Assembly (NCBI GenBank): GCA_963790475.1
Contig: CAWBOS010000012.1
Coordinates: forward strand, 256,001-320,000
Length of the DNA: 64,000 bases
DNA from: an uncultured delta proteobacterium
GTDB lineage: Bacteria; Desulfobacterota; RBG-13-43-22
Reading direction: 5' to 3'
Of the stretch, positions 10,232 through 20,437 are shown piece by piece. Below the pieces are notes generated by a model. That model was not told the DNA's origin and did not search any database. It saw only the letters and a list, made by a program, of their open reading frames with translations. The translations under genes and the position numbers were made by a program. Position 1 is the first letter of the stretch. Each line of letters begins with the position of its first letter.

Positions 10232-12442
10232 ATGGAAAAGCAAAATCATACGGTGAACGATAGGCAAACTCGGGTCGGTCGATTCGTTGATGGGCCGTTG
10301 ATCGGCGCTGATTACAGCACGCCAACCGAGAAAGGTGTAAGCAATGCCGTCGGAGCTTTTCGTTTTCGTGATGGAGAGAGGGTCACCTGGAACATCGGAC
10401 GGCTTTCTTTAGGCACCTCTGAGGCCAAAGACCGGATCACCCCTGCCGATCTGGTCCTTATTGCTTGCGATCATCCCTCACCCCTAACGGATCAACGGGT
10501 GATCAACCGGGCGCGATTTCTGCACAGCCTTGCTTCGGAAACCGATCTGGCCCGGGGTATTATGATCAGCCCGGCTATCAGGGCCGAAATCGATCAAGCG
10601 GCCGACCAGATCAATTTTGACCAGGACGAGGAAGGCTTTATCGCCGATCCATCGGTACGGAGACTTTTCGAGAAGCTCGGGCTGAGATTGCGCAGCGTCG
10701 AGGAGTCTCGCAACCATCTTCGTCGCAGTATGGCCGGTATCAAGAAGATTTTCGACGTCAAAGTCCCCACCCGGGACGGCTCTTATCTCCTGGCGGACGT
10801 CTATCGCCCTTTGGATGAGGGGCGTTATCCGGTTATTCTGCGGCTAAGTGTTTACGGCAAGGCCTTCGGTACCGGTTCTATCTGTTCCCCTGAGGATTAC
10901 CTGCGCAGTGAAAAGCGGGAGGATGCCTGGTTCCAGGAACGCCGCAAGGGCCTGGCCCCTTCTCTAAGATACGCCGAAAATGTCGTCAGCGCCAATACCA
11001 TGGACTGGGTACCGCGCGGGTATGTACTGGTGCGTGTTGACTGCCGGGGTGTCGGACGCACACCCGGCAAGCTTAATCCCTTTTCCAAACGAGAAGCGGA
11101 AGATTATTTCGATGTAATCGAATGGGCCGCGGTCCAGCCCTGGAGCAGCGGGAAGGTCGGTCTCCACGGGGCCTCTTATGCGGCCACCATCCAATGGAAC
11201 GTTGCCGCCCTCGGGCCTCCTTCCCTGAAAGCCATGATTCCCTGGACCGGAGATGCCGATTCGTACCGCGATCTCTCCTACCCCGGCGGTATCTTCAACG
11301 AGGGATACCGGCGTCAATGGTGGGCCAACCTGTTAGGGAACTCTTGCGGGGCCGAGACCGTTAATCTGATCGGCGATATGCTGGCCCATCCCTTTGACGA
11401 TCCCGAGGTCTACGGACCCCAGGGTAGCGGCCCGCTCAGTGCTGATTTCAACCGCATCACCACTCCCTTTTTGACGGCCGTCAGTCAGACAGGGGTATTG
11501 CATGCCCGGGCCGGTTTCGAGGCTTTTTCATTATCGCCCTCCCCGTACAAGCGGCTGGTCGTGGTTGACGCCAATTACTTCAAGTTTCTTTACCGGGATT
11601 GTCTGAAGGACCAGTTCGCCTTTTTCGATCGTTGGCTTAAAGAAATAGACGACGAGACCACATCGTTACCGCCGGTTCGGATGATCATGCGGATCGGTCA
11701 AGGCGGCTTCGAATGGCGGGACGAAGAGACCTGGCCTGTTCCCGACACCCTATATCGAAGTTTCTTTCTTGATGCCGGGGCCAAGGGTCCCTTGATAGAG
11801 GTTGATCCGGCCAGACCGTATTTGAAACTAGCCGACTCATTGCCGTTGTCCGGGGCCCAGGTCGTATACCCGGCTGAGGTCGATGATGAAGGAGGGTATG
11901 CCCAATCGGGCGTGTCCTTCCTTTCGGATGTTCTGGTCGAAGACCTCGAGCTGGCCGGCCACTTCACAACTACCCTTTGGGTTTCCTCCACTTCTTTTGA
12001 CATGGATGTCTATGTGGCCCTAAGAGTAATCGGACCGGACGGTGTTGAAGTGCCTTATGCCGTTTATGCCCGCCAGTCCAAGGCCCCGGTGACCTGGGGG
12101 TGTCTCAAGGTTTCTCAAAGGAAGCTCGATCTTATCCGTTCTACAATTGATCGTCCCTGGCATACCCATCGTAATCTCGACCAGCAACTACTTGGATCAC
12201 CGGACGGGATCGTTCAGATCGAGGTGGAGCTGATGCCGGCCACAGCCAGGATTTCCGCGGGAAATCGCCTTCGCCTCGACGTCCAACCGGTGGAAGGGGA
12301 AGGGGGTTTTCTCGACGCCCAGGGCCGTCCGGCCCGCCGTGCCTATGATTCAAGTTATCACCAGGGGGCGGAAAATGTTATTCACACCGGGAGCAAGTTC
12401 CCGAGTTCAATCCGGGTTCCTGTTGTGACGCGCCGTTCTTGA
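10232..12442 (+). CDS. CocE/NonD family serine hydrolase with extra N-terminal domain
   Basis: TRDGSYLLADVYRP, DCRGVG, GASYAA nucleophile motif, PepX_C-like C-terminus. Confidence 0.88.
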   Translation: MEKQNHTVNDRQTRVGRFVDGPLIGADYSTPTEKGVSNAVGAFRFRDGERVTWNIGRLSLGTSEAKDRITPADLVLIACDHPSPLTDQRVINRARFLHSLASETDLARGIMISPAIRAEIDQAADQINFDQDEEGFIADPSVRRLFEKLGLRLRSVEESRNHLRRSMAGIKKIFDVKVPTRDGSYLLADVYRPLDEGRYPVILRLSVYGKAFGTGSICSPEDYLRSEKREDAWFQERRKGLAPSLRYAENVVSANTMDWVPRGYVLVRVDCRGVGRTPGKLNPFSKREAEDYFDVIEWAAVQPWSSGKVGLHGASYAATIQWNVAALGPPSLKAMIPWTGDADSYRDLSYPGGIFNEGYRRQWWANLLGNSCGAETVNLIGDMLAHPFDDPEVYGPQGSGPLSADFNRITTPFLTAVSQTGVLHARAGFEAFSLSPSPYKRLVVVDANYFKFLYRDCLKDQFAFFDRWLKEIDDETTSLPPVRMIMRIGQGGFEWRDEETWPVPDTLYRSFFLDAGAKGPLIEVDPARPYLKLADSLPLSGAQVVYPAEVDDEGGYAQSGVSFLSDVLVEDLELAGHFTTTLWVSSTSFDMDVYVALRVIGPDGVEVPYAVYARQSKAPVTWGCLKVSQRKLDLIRSTIDRPWHTHRNLDQQLLGSPDGIVQIEVELMPATARISAGNRLRLDVQPVEGEGGFLDAQGRPARRAYDSSYHQGAENVIHTGSKFPSSIRVPVVTRRS

Positions 12443-12470
12443 TCCGCAAAAAAATATTGAGGAGGAACAG

Positions 12471-13433
12471 ATGAAAGCAGCCGTATACTATGAAACAGGC
12501 AAGCCTGATGTTTTTAAATATGAAGACGTTCCGGACCCGTCCTGTGGTCCTTGGGATATTGTTATCGATATCAAAGCGATTTCCATTGAAGGCGGTGACG
12601 TGCTCAATCGGGCCGGAGGCCTTATGCCAAAAGTTCCCCACATTGTCGGATATGATGCCGCCGGCGTTATTTGCCAGGTAGGACAAAAAGTCACCAATCG
12701 CCAAATCGGGCAGAGGGTGACCACCTTGAGTCCCTTCGGCTCCCATGCTGAAAAACGCGCCGCGCCAGCGATCACCTCCTGGCTCATTCCGGATAAGGTA
12801 TCTTTTGAAGAGGCCGCTTGCGTGCCGGTGACTTTCGGTACCGCCCATGAATGCCTGTTCGAATTCGGCCATTTAAAGGCCGGGGAGACTGTTCTCATCC
12901 AGGCCGGGGCCGGCGGTGTGGGCCTGGCGGCCATTCAGTTGGCCAAACGAGCCGGGGCCAGGGTGCTGGCCACCGCTTCCAGTAATCAACGATTGGAACG
13001 ATTGAAAGAATATGGATTGGATGAAGGTATAAATTATGGAGAAAAGGATCTCGTGGCCGAGGTCAGGCGATTGACCGACAACCAGGGAGTGGATCTGGTG
13101 GTCGACGGAGTCGGGGGCGAGGTACTGCAAAAAAGTATTGATGCAGCACGTGCCCGAGGCCGTATTATTACCTTCGGCCAGGCCGGACGCGGCTTTCGCA
13201 GGGTGGATGTCAGCAGCCTGGCCATGGGCAACAAAACGCTGACCGGGGTTTTCCTGGGTGCCGAGATCGCTACTGAGCGGGTGCAGAAAATGATCAATCA
13301 GTTATTGGAGGATATCGCCGCCGGAGATATCAAGGTGCCTATCGATCGAAAGTTTCCCCTCTCCCAGGCGGCTGAGGCTCATGCCTATATCGAGAGCCGT
13401 CAGGCGGTGGGCCGGGTGCTGTTGATACCCTAA
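12471..13433 (+). CDS. MDR family NADPH:quinone oxidoreductase
   Basis: GYDAAG, AGAGGVGLAAIQLAK, AHAYIESRQAVGRVLL. Confidence 0.92.
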   Translation: MKAAVYYETGKPDVFKYEDVPDPSCGPWDIVIDIKAISIEGGDVLNRAGGLMPKVPHIVGYDAAGVICQVGQKVTNRQIGQRVTTLSPFGSHAEKRAAPAITSWLIPDKVSFEEAACVPVTFGTAHECLFEFGHLKAGETVLIQAGAGGVGLAAIQLAKRAGARVLATASSNQRLERLKEYGLDEGINYGEKDLVAEVRRLTDNQGVDLVVDGVGGEVLQKSIDAARARGRIITFGQAGRGFRRVDVSSLAMGNKTLTGVFLGAEIATERVQKMINQLLEDIAAGDIKVPIDRKFPLSQAAEAHAYIESRQAVGRVLLIP

Positions 13434-13539
13434 GGGCGAAGAAAAGGTCCATTCCGACAAGTGGGGGGGAATAAGTTGTTTGAGAACCAATGTCCCTCTT
13501 CCCTTACGAATCCGTTATTTTTGAAAGGTTTATTTTCTT

Positions 13540-15693
13540 ATGGTTGAGTTTAAATATTCCAACGTGGAGCGGGAGATGGAGGTTTATGGCTATGATTCGG
13601 TGGTCCGGAGTCATTGCCGTAATTGCCATGGCGGATGCGGGGTCCTGGTCTATGTCAAGGACGATAAAATTGCCAAGATAGCAGGCGACCCCGCTTGTCC
13701 CGTCAGCCACGGGACCCTTTGCAGCAAGGGACTGGCCTCCACCCAGCTCGTCTACCACCCGGACCGGCTTACCTATCCGGTGAAACGGAAAGGCCCCAAG
13801 GGAAGCGGAAAATGGGAGCGCATCACCTGGGATGAGGCCCTGGAGACGATTGCCGGTCGGATCCTGGCCTACAAGGAAGAGTTCGGCGCCGAATCGGTCG
13901 TTTTCGGATACGGGACCGGTCGGGAAAATGAAGCGGTCATCTACCGGATTGCCAATCTGTTGGGGTCTCCTAATGTGTTGACCGCCGGCCATTTCTGCTA
14001 CGGTCCGCGGATTGCCACCAGCATCCTTACCTGCGGCACCAATCCGATCGTCGATTATGAAAATCATCCCCAATGTCTCATGATGTGGGGGAACAATGTG
14101 GTCATCAGCAACCCGGATTGTTACAAGGGCGAACCGTTTTCCGTGGCCCTGGATGCGGGGGCGAAATTGATCGTCGTTGATCCCCGGCTGACTCGGGCCG
14201 CGGCCCGGGCCGACGTCTGGCTCCAGCTCCGTCCGGGAACGGACACGGCCCTGGCCTTGGGTCTGGCCCAGGTCATCGTTAACGAGGGGCTCTATGACCG
14301 GGAATTTGTCGAGAACTATACCCACGGGTGGGAAGAGTTCGTTAGACGGGTGAATGAATATCCCCTGGAAAAGGTGGAACGGATCACCTGGATTCCCCGC
14401 GAAAAGATCGAACAAGCGGCCCGCCTCTTTGCCGAGACCAAACCGGCGGCCATTCAGTGGGGAGTGGCCATCGAGCAACAGAATACCTGTGCCGACAACG
14501 ACCGGATCCTCATGTGTCTCATGGGGATCACCGGCAACATAGATCGGCCCGGCGGCCAGGTGCTCTTCAAGACGCCGCCCATACACAACGTGGGCAAATT
14601 CGGGGCCCATGGGATGCTGCCTCCCGAGCAGGCGGCCAAACGACTGGGAGGGGACCGTTTCCGTCTGGCCGGCCGATTCGCCATCATCCAGCCCAAGGCA
14701 GTCTGGGATGCCATTCTCGATGAAAAACCCTATCCGGTCAAAATGCTCTTCTTCATCAGTTCGAATCCGCTTATGACCAGGGCCAACGCCCGTGAGGTCT
14801 ACCGGGCTTTGGAAAAGGTGGACTTTATGGCCGTGTCTGATTTCTTTTTGACCCCTACCGCGGAATTAGCCGATATCGTCCTGCCGGCCTCCACCTGGCT
14901 GGAGATGGACTACATCGGAGATTTTTGGAAACGTCACGGCCGTCTCCTGCCGCGCCGCAAAGTCGTCCAGATCGGGGAGTGTCGCTCGGACCACGAGATG
15001 CTCAACGACCTGGCTCATCGCCTCGGCCAGGGGCAGTTCTGGTGGGACTCCTTCGAAGGCGGCCTGGACTACATCCTGAGACCCATGGGCATCACCTGGC
15101 AGGAATTTAAAAAAATGGACTGCATCCGGGGAGAGGTAAAATACGAGAAATATAAAGAGGCGGGATTCTCCACCCCTACCCGGAAGTTCGAGCTCTTAAG
15201 CACCACCCTGGAGAAGATGGGCTATGATCCCTTACCGCAATTCAGGGAACCGCCGGAAAGCCCGGTCAGCACACCCCAACTCTATGAGGAATATCCCTAT
15301 ATCCTGATCACCGGCGCCAGGCAGCCGGGGTTTTTTCACACTGAAAATCGACAGGTGCCCTGGCTCAGGGAGCTGCACTCGGACCCGATGGTCGAACTCC
15401 ATCCGGACACGGCCGCCAAAGAAGGCATTCAAGAAGGGGACTGGGTGATCATCGAGTCTTTACGGGGTAAGGTCCGGCAGCGGGCTAAACTTTTTGCCGG
15501 TATGGACCCCCGGGTAGTTGCCGCCCAGCATGCCTGGTGGTTTCCGGAAAAAAAAGATCCCGGCCACGGCTGGGACGAGTCGAACATCAATATCCTGACC
15601 GACAACGCCTATGAAACCATGGACCCGGCCATGGGGGCCAGCAGCATCAGGACGCTGCTAGTCAAAATCTATCCGGAAAGGAGTCGTTCTTAA
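13540..15693 (+). CDS. Molybdopterin (Mo/W-bisPGD) oxidoreductase, acetylene-hydratase-like family
   Basis: CRNCHGGC..C Fe-S motif, NLLGSPN..HFC ligand region, ADIVLPA, ITGAR; no Tat signal. Confidence 0.9.
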   Translation: MVEFKYSNVEREMEVYGYDSVVRSHCRNCHGGCGVLVYVKDDKIAKIAGDPACPVSHGTLCSKGLASTQLVYHPDRLTYPVKRKGPKGSGKWERITWDEALETIAGRILAYKEEFGAESVVFGYGTGRENEAVIYRIANLLGSPNVLTAGHFCYGPRIATSILTCGTNPIVDYENHPQCLMMWGNNVVISNPDCYKGEPFSVALDAGAKLIVVDPRLTRAAARADVWLQLRPGTDTALALGLAQVIVNEGLYDREFVENYTHGWEEFVRRVNEYPLEKVERITWIPREKIEQAARLFAETKPAAIQWGVAIEQQNTCADNDRILMCLMGITGNIDRPGGQVLFKTPPIHNVGKFGAHGMLPPEQAAKRLGGDRFRLAGRFAIIQPKAVWDAILDEKPYPVKMLFFISSNPLMTRANAREVYRALEKVDFMAVSDFFLTPTAELADIVLPASTWLEMDYIGDFWKRHGRLLPRRKVVQIGECRSDHEMLNDLAHRLGQGQFWWDSFEGGLDYILRPMGITWQEFKKMDCIRGEVKYEKYKEAGFSTPTRKFELLSTTLEKMGYDPLPQFREPPESPVSTPQLYEEYPYILITGARQPGFFHTENRQVPWLRELHSDPMVELHPDTAAKEGIQEGDWVIIESLRGKVRQRAKLFAGMDPRVVAAQHAWWFPEKKDPGHGWDESNINILTDNAYETMDPAMGASSIRTLLVKIYPERSRS

Positions 15694-15712
15694 AAGAGTA
15701 TGAATCCAGTAA

Positions 15713-15846
15713 TGATGGACTTGTAAAAAGTTGTCACCCCGGTGAAAACCGGGGTCCAGGTGGTTTTCTAACTTCTTAAAATCCTGGATTCCGACTTTCG
15801 TCGGAATGACGGTCACGGCCTTTGGGCGACTTTCTGCATGACCATA
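15713..15846. repeat. REP-like double hairpin with outer arms
   Basis: GTCACCCCGGTGAAAACCGGGGTCCAG ... CTGGATTCCGACTTTCGTCGGAATGAC; outer GTAAAAAGT / GACTTT arms shared with copies at 6114 and 62017. Confidence 0.8.
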
Positions 15847-16017
15847 TGTATAATTTCTTCTCAAAATTAAAACTTAAAAAAAGTCAGTAGGATTTTTTAC
15901 AATTTAATTGCCGTTGTAATAGAACAGGTGTTGAACCAAGAGGCGGATTTTTTCTTTGTCATTCCGGTCCCGCCTCCCCTGCGGGATAGACTCCAGCCGG
16001 AATCCAGGGAGGCGGGA

Positions 16018-16306
16018 ATGAACAAACAATTCGCGGTATACATTCTGGCAAGCAAAAAAAATGGCACCCTTTATATCGGTGTGACATCAACTTTGGTCAA
16101 AAGAATATGGGAACACAAAAACAATTTAGTAGAGGGATTTACTAAACGCTATAATGTTCATCTGCTGGTTTGGTATGAATTGCATGAGAATATTGAATCC
16201 GCTTATGAGAGAAAAACAATTGAAAGAATGGAAGAGAAAATGGAAACTCGAATTGATTGAGAATATTAATCCGGGATGGGAGGATTTATATTACAAAATT
16301 GTTTGA
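16018..16306 (+). pseudogene. GIY-YIG nuclease, frameshifted near 16204, flanked by REP-like half sites
   Basis: VYILASKKNGTLYIGVT..RIWEHK; second frame continues REKQLKEWKRKWKLELIENINPGWEDLY. Confidence 0.88.
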
Positions 16307-16322
16307 CTGGATTCCGGCTTTC

Positions 16323-16464
16323 GAGACTGTGTCGTAATTGCATCCATGTCATTTCGTGCAAGCGAAGCGCGACACGGAATCCAGTATTTCCAATAAGTTC
16401 TGGATACCGGCTTTCGCCGGTATGACGGCCTTGATGGCACTTTTATTAATTACGACACAGTCTC
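16323..16464. mobile_element. MITE nested in a REP-like hairpin
   Basis: Perfect 17 bp IR GAGACTGTGTCGTAATT / AATTACGACACAGTCTC with TTC duplicated at 16320-16322 and 16465-16467. Confidence 0.85.
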
Positions 16465-16525
16465 TTCGTCTGAATGACGTTGAGATTGAACTGGTTCTTA
16501 CAGGTAAAAAGAGGGAGATGATTCA

Positions 16526-17038
16526 TTGAATCAATATGCAATCATTATTGATGAAAAAGCCTGCTGGGGGTGTAAAAGCTGCGAGGTGGCCTGCAAGCAG
16601 GAAAATAAGGCTCCGATAGGGATCAAATATATTTCCGTTTCGGAAGACGGTCCGAAGATATTCGACGGGAAGCTGAATTTTGTCTACCGGGTCAATCTCT
16701 GCCGCCACTGCGATATTCCTGAATGTGTTGATTCCTGCCCCACGGAAGCGATCACCAGGCGGGACGACGGTCTCGTTATTCTGGATGACGAGGCTTGCAA
16801 CGGCTGCGCCGCCTGCGTCGAGGCCTGTCCCTACCAGGCGATTGCTTTTGATGAACAGGCCGGCAAGGCCCGCAAATGCAATCTCTGTCATCACCGGGTG
16901 GACAAGGGCCTTATCCCGGCCTGTGCCGATAATGTCTGCCTGGCCCACTGTATCTATTTCGGTCAATCCGACCGGATGGAGCAGATGATAGCTGACAAAC
17001 CCTGGTTAAAGGAGCGACTGGCTGCGGATGCCAAATAG
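16526..17038 (+). CDS. 4Fe-4S dicluster protein (DmsB/NrfC-like)
   Basis: Four Cys clusters: CWGCKSCEVAC, CRHC..C..CP, CNGCAACVEACP, KCNLC..C..C. Confidence 0.92.
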   Translation: MNQYAIIIDEKACWGCKSCEVACKQENKAPIGIKYISVSEDGPKIFDGKLNFVYRVNLCRHCDIPECVDSCPTEAITRRDDGLVILDDEACNGCAACVEACPYQAIAFDEQAGKARKCNLCHHRVDKGLIPACADNVCLAHCIYFGQSDRMEQMIADKPWLKERLAADAK

Positions 17039-17187
17039 GGAGCACCTCGTTTGAGGATCGCTTCGCTTAAGGATCGTACGTCTTCGACGAACTTGAGGCA
17101 GAAGATAGTTGCCTCTTCCCTCAAGCGGATCCCGCTGCCCGGGACTCAAGCGTAGCGATCCTTCAGATCGGGTTTAGGAGAAAGCGG

Positions 17188-18771
17188 ATGGCGGATATTT
17201 TTGTTCACATCGGTGAAATGCTGGCGCGGAACAGCCGGATGTATCCGGACGAGGTGGCCCTGGTGGAACGGGACCCCGGGGAAAAGCGGCGTGCCGAGAT
17301 TACCTGGAAGGAGTTTAGCCGGAAGGCTGACCGTATGGCCAATTTCCTTCGGGAAAGAGGCATCGGAAAAACCGACAAGGTTGTTCACCTGATGCACAAC
17401 TCGATCGACTGGCTGGCCGCCTACTTCGGCATTATCCGCACCGGTGCCTGGGTGGTCCCGCTCAACTTCCGGTTTACCAGCGAAGATATCCAATACTGCA
17501 TCGACGTGGCCGAACCCCGGATAGTCCTGTTTGGTGAGGAATTTGCCGAAAGAATAGATTCTATCAGAGATGAACTTTCTTCCGTGGAGATCTTTATCTG
17601 TGCCGGTGAACCTATTCCAACCTACGCGGAATCATTCTCCGAGGCCATTGGGAATTCTCCGGATGAACCCTTTCCCTCGGATTTAGGACCGGATGACCCC
17701 TGCGGACTTTATTTTACTTCCGGTACGACCGGTCAACCAAAACCGATCCTCCTGACCCACAAGAACATGGTCTCTGTCTGTATCACTGAGAACATGCACC
17801 ACAGTCAGACGCACCAGGACAAATTCATTCTCATTCCGCCCCTCTATCACACCGGCGCCAAGATGCACTGGTTCGGAAGTCTGCTTGTCGGCGGACCGGC
17901 TGTCATCCTCAAAGGGTATTCACCCCAGTGGTTACTCGAGGCCGTGAGTGAAGAAAAAGGCACGATCACCTGGCTCCTGGTCCCCTGGGTACAGGACCTG
18001 CTGGTCCAATTGGACAGAGGGGAATTGAAACTGGAAAACTATTCGCTTTCCTCCTGGCGTCTCATGCATATGGGAGCCATGCCCGTTCCACCCTCTCTTA
18101 TCCGGCACTGGAGGGAATATTTCCCCGACATGGCCTACGACACCACCTATGGCCTGAGTGAGTGCACCGGACCTAATTGCATCCACCTCGGGGTTGAAAA
18201 TATCCATAAAGTGGGGGCCATAGGGAAACCTGGTTTTAACTGGGAAGCCCGGATTGTCGATGAGCAGGGAAATAATGTTACCAGGGGGACACCGGGGGAA
18301 CTGGCCCTCCGCGGGGACGGGGTTATGAGGGAGTATTACAAGAATCCCGAGGCAACGGCCGAGGCCTTAAAGGAGGGATGGCTTCACAGCGGAGATATCG
18401 TCCGAGAGGATGAAGACGGCTTCATCTATATTGTGGACCGGAAAAAGGATATCATCATAACCGGCGGCGAAAATGTCTTTCCTGTGGAGGTGGAGGATTT
18501 TTTTCATACTCACCCGGCCGTTAAGGATGTGGCGGCTTTCGGATATCCGGATGAGCGGTTGGGGGAGATCGTTGCCGTGACCATCGATCTGAAACCGGAT
18601 GAGGTCCTGACCGAAGACGAAGCCCTTAGGTTCTCCGAAACGCTGCCGCGTTATAAACGGCCCCGGAAGATTTTTTTCGGTCCGGTCCCCAGAAGCCCCA
18701 CCGGAAAGATCGAGAAACCGAAGCTGAGAAAACAATACTGCGGCCGGGAAGAGGCCGTTAATCCTTTCTAG
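17188..18771 (+). CDS. AMP-forming acyl-CoA synthetase
   Basis: FTSGTTGQPK, YGLSE, HSGD, DRKKD, PTGKI. Confidence 0.95.
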   Translation: MADIFVHIGEMLARNSRMYPDEVALVERDPGEKRRAEITWKEFSRKADRMANFLRERGIGKTDKVVHLMHNSIDWLAAYFGIIRTGAWVVPLNFRFTSEDIQYCIDVAEPRIVLFGEEFAERIDSIRDELSSVEIFICAGEPIPTYAESFSEAIGNSPDEPFPSDLGPDDPCGLYFTSGTTGQPKPILLTHKNMVSVCITENMHHSQTHQDKFILIPPLYHTGAKMHWFGSLLVGGPAVILKGYSPQWLLEAVSEEKGTITWLLVPWVQDLLVQLDRGELKLENYSLSSWRLMHMGAMPVPPSLIRHWREYFPDMAYDTTYGLSECTGPNCIHLGVENIHKVGAIGKPGFNWEARIVDEQGNNVTRGTPGELALRGDGVMREYYKNPEATAEALKEGWLHSGDIVREDEDGFIYIVDRKKDIIITGGENVFPVEVEDFFHTHPAVKDVAAFGYPDERLGEIVAVTIDLKPDEVLTEDEALRFSETLPRYKRPRKIFFGPVPRSPTGKIEKPKLRKQYCGREEAVNPF

Positions 18772-20437
18772 GAGCCTGTCGGACTTAAATTTGTCCGGTT
18801 AAATTTTCGTTTAAAAAATCTATTAAAAATGTGCTCAAAAGACAAGATTTCTCTTGGCATAAGTTGGATTATATGATAAAATACAAATTAATTCAATTAG
18901 TTAAATATATTCGACTTTAAAATTACGTAGAGAGAAAATATGAATCCTCCACGATTTAAGTGTTGTGACCGCGATACCCTATACCTGATGCCTCCCTCTA
19001 TTCATGATTGGCTACCACGAAATCACTTGGCCAGATTTATTGTGGAGGTGGTCACCAAACTTGACTTGAGGCCCATTGAAAACGCCTACGACGGCCGGGG
19101 TTCCGAGGCTTATTCTCCGACCATGCTGGTGGCATTGTTGTTTTACGGTTATGCCACGGGCGTCTTCTCCAGCCGCAAACTGGAATTGGCCACCCATGAG
19201 TCGGTAGCTTTTCGTTATATTACGGCCAATCAACACCCGGATCATGACACGATAGCTGCCTTCCGCAAACGTTTTCTGGAAGAGTTAAAGCCTCTATTCG
19301 CCCAGATCCTGATGATTGCTCAAACAATGGGTATAGCCAAACTGGGCCAAGTGGCCTTAGACGGAACTAAGATCAAGGCCAATGCCTCCCAACATAAGGC
19401 CTTGAGTTGGGATCATGCCTGTAAACTGGAACAACAGATTCAGGCAGAAGTTGACTCGCTCTTACGTCAGGCCGAAGTAGCGGACCGGGAAGCGGTTCCC
19501 GAAGGGATGAGTATCCCGGAGGAACTTTCTCGAAGAGGGAAACGGCTTGAAACTATAGAACTGGCCAAGCGAGAGATTGAACGTCGAGCCGCTGAGCGTT
19601 ATGCCAAAGAGCAAGAAGTCTACGACCAAAAGATGGCCGAACGTTATGCCAAGGAGCAAGAGGGTGGTAAGAAACCCCGAGGACGTGAACCTAAACCACC
19701 CGAGTCCGGCCCTAAAAAAACCGATCAAGTGAATCTGACCGATGAAGATTCCCGGATTATGCCCGCTGCCGGCGGGACCTTTGAACAAGCTTACAACGCC
19801 CAAGCCGGGGTGGATCTTTCAACCATGCTTATTGTCGAAAATCATGTTACCCAACAACCCAATGACAAGCAAGAAATCCAGACGACCTTGGAAAACCTGA
19901 TTTCCTTACCAGACCAGTTAGGCACGGTGGACACCCTAGTGGCCGATTCAGGCTATTTTAGTGAGGCCAACCTGGATAAGTGCGCAGCCGAGCAGATTAC
20001 CCCCTATATTGCTGTAAATCGTGAAAAACACAATATTCCCTTAGAAGAACGTTTCGCCCAGCCCGAACCTTTGCCGGAAGAGGCTGATGTGCTTACCCGA
20101 ATGAAGCATCGGCTAAAAACATCAGAGGGCAAAAAGATATACGCCCGGCGGAAGAGTACGGTCGAACCGCTATTCGGCATTATCAAGGCCATTATGGGCT
20201 TTCGACAATTTTTCCTTCGCGGGTTAGAGATGGTCAGCGGCGAATGGAATTTAGTCTGTATGGCCTACAACTTAAAAAGAATGTATGCCTTAGCTGCCAA
20301 ATAAAAAAATCCACAAAGAAAAATTACAAAAAAAGGCCTTATTCTATTATCTTGAATTTACTATAACCCTTTGGAGTCCTCAAAATAAAATCGGACCTCT
20401 CGGGAGACAATATCTTTAGCTCAAGATCGACAGGCTC
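18772..20437 (+). mobile_element. IS1182-family insertion sequence
   Basis: IRs GAGCCTGTCGGACTT / AAGATCGACAGGCTC, flanked by CTAG at 18768-18771 and 20438-20441. Confidence 0.9.
18940..20304 (+). CDS. IS1182 family DDE transposase
   Basis: SSRKLE, PDHDTIAAFR, LDGTKIKANAS, TDEDSRIM, ADSGY, RKSTVEPLFG. Confidence 0.95.
   Translation: MNPPRFKCCDRDTLYLMPPSIHDWLPRNHLARFIVEVVTKLDLRPIENAYDGRGSEAYSPTMLVALLFYGYATGVFSSRKLELATHESVAFRYITANQHPDHDTIAAFRKRFLEELKPLFAQILMIAQTMGIAKLGQVALDGTKIKANASQHKALSWDHACKLEQQIQAEVDSLLRQAEVADREAVPEGMSIPEELSRRGKRLETIELAKREIERRAAERYAKEQEVYDQKMAERYAKEQEGGKKPRGREPKPPESGPKKTDQVNLTDEDSRIMPAAGGTFEQAYNAQAGVDLSTMLIVENHVTQQPNDKQEIQTTLENLISLPDQLGTVDTLVADSGYFSEANLDKCAAEQITPYIAVNREKHNIPLEERFAQPEPLPEEADVLTRMKHRLKTSEGKKIYARRKSTVEPLFGIIKAIMGFRQFFLRGLEMVSGEWNLVCMAYNLKRMYALAAK

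Noticed and set aside
13540-15693. Calling this a true acetylene hydratase or a selenoprotein
   Set aside because: The Asp13-equivalent is His, and there is no in-frame TGA; the ligand position is Cys
19585-19665. Duplicated AERYAKEQE peptide in the transposase
   Set aside because: Short repeat in the variable coiled-coil region of an IS1182 transposase; no sign of separate function
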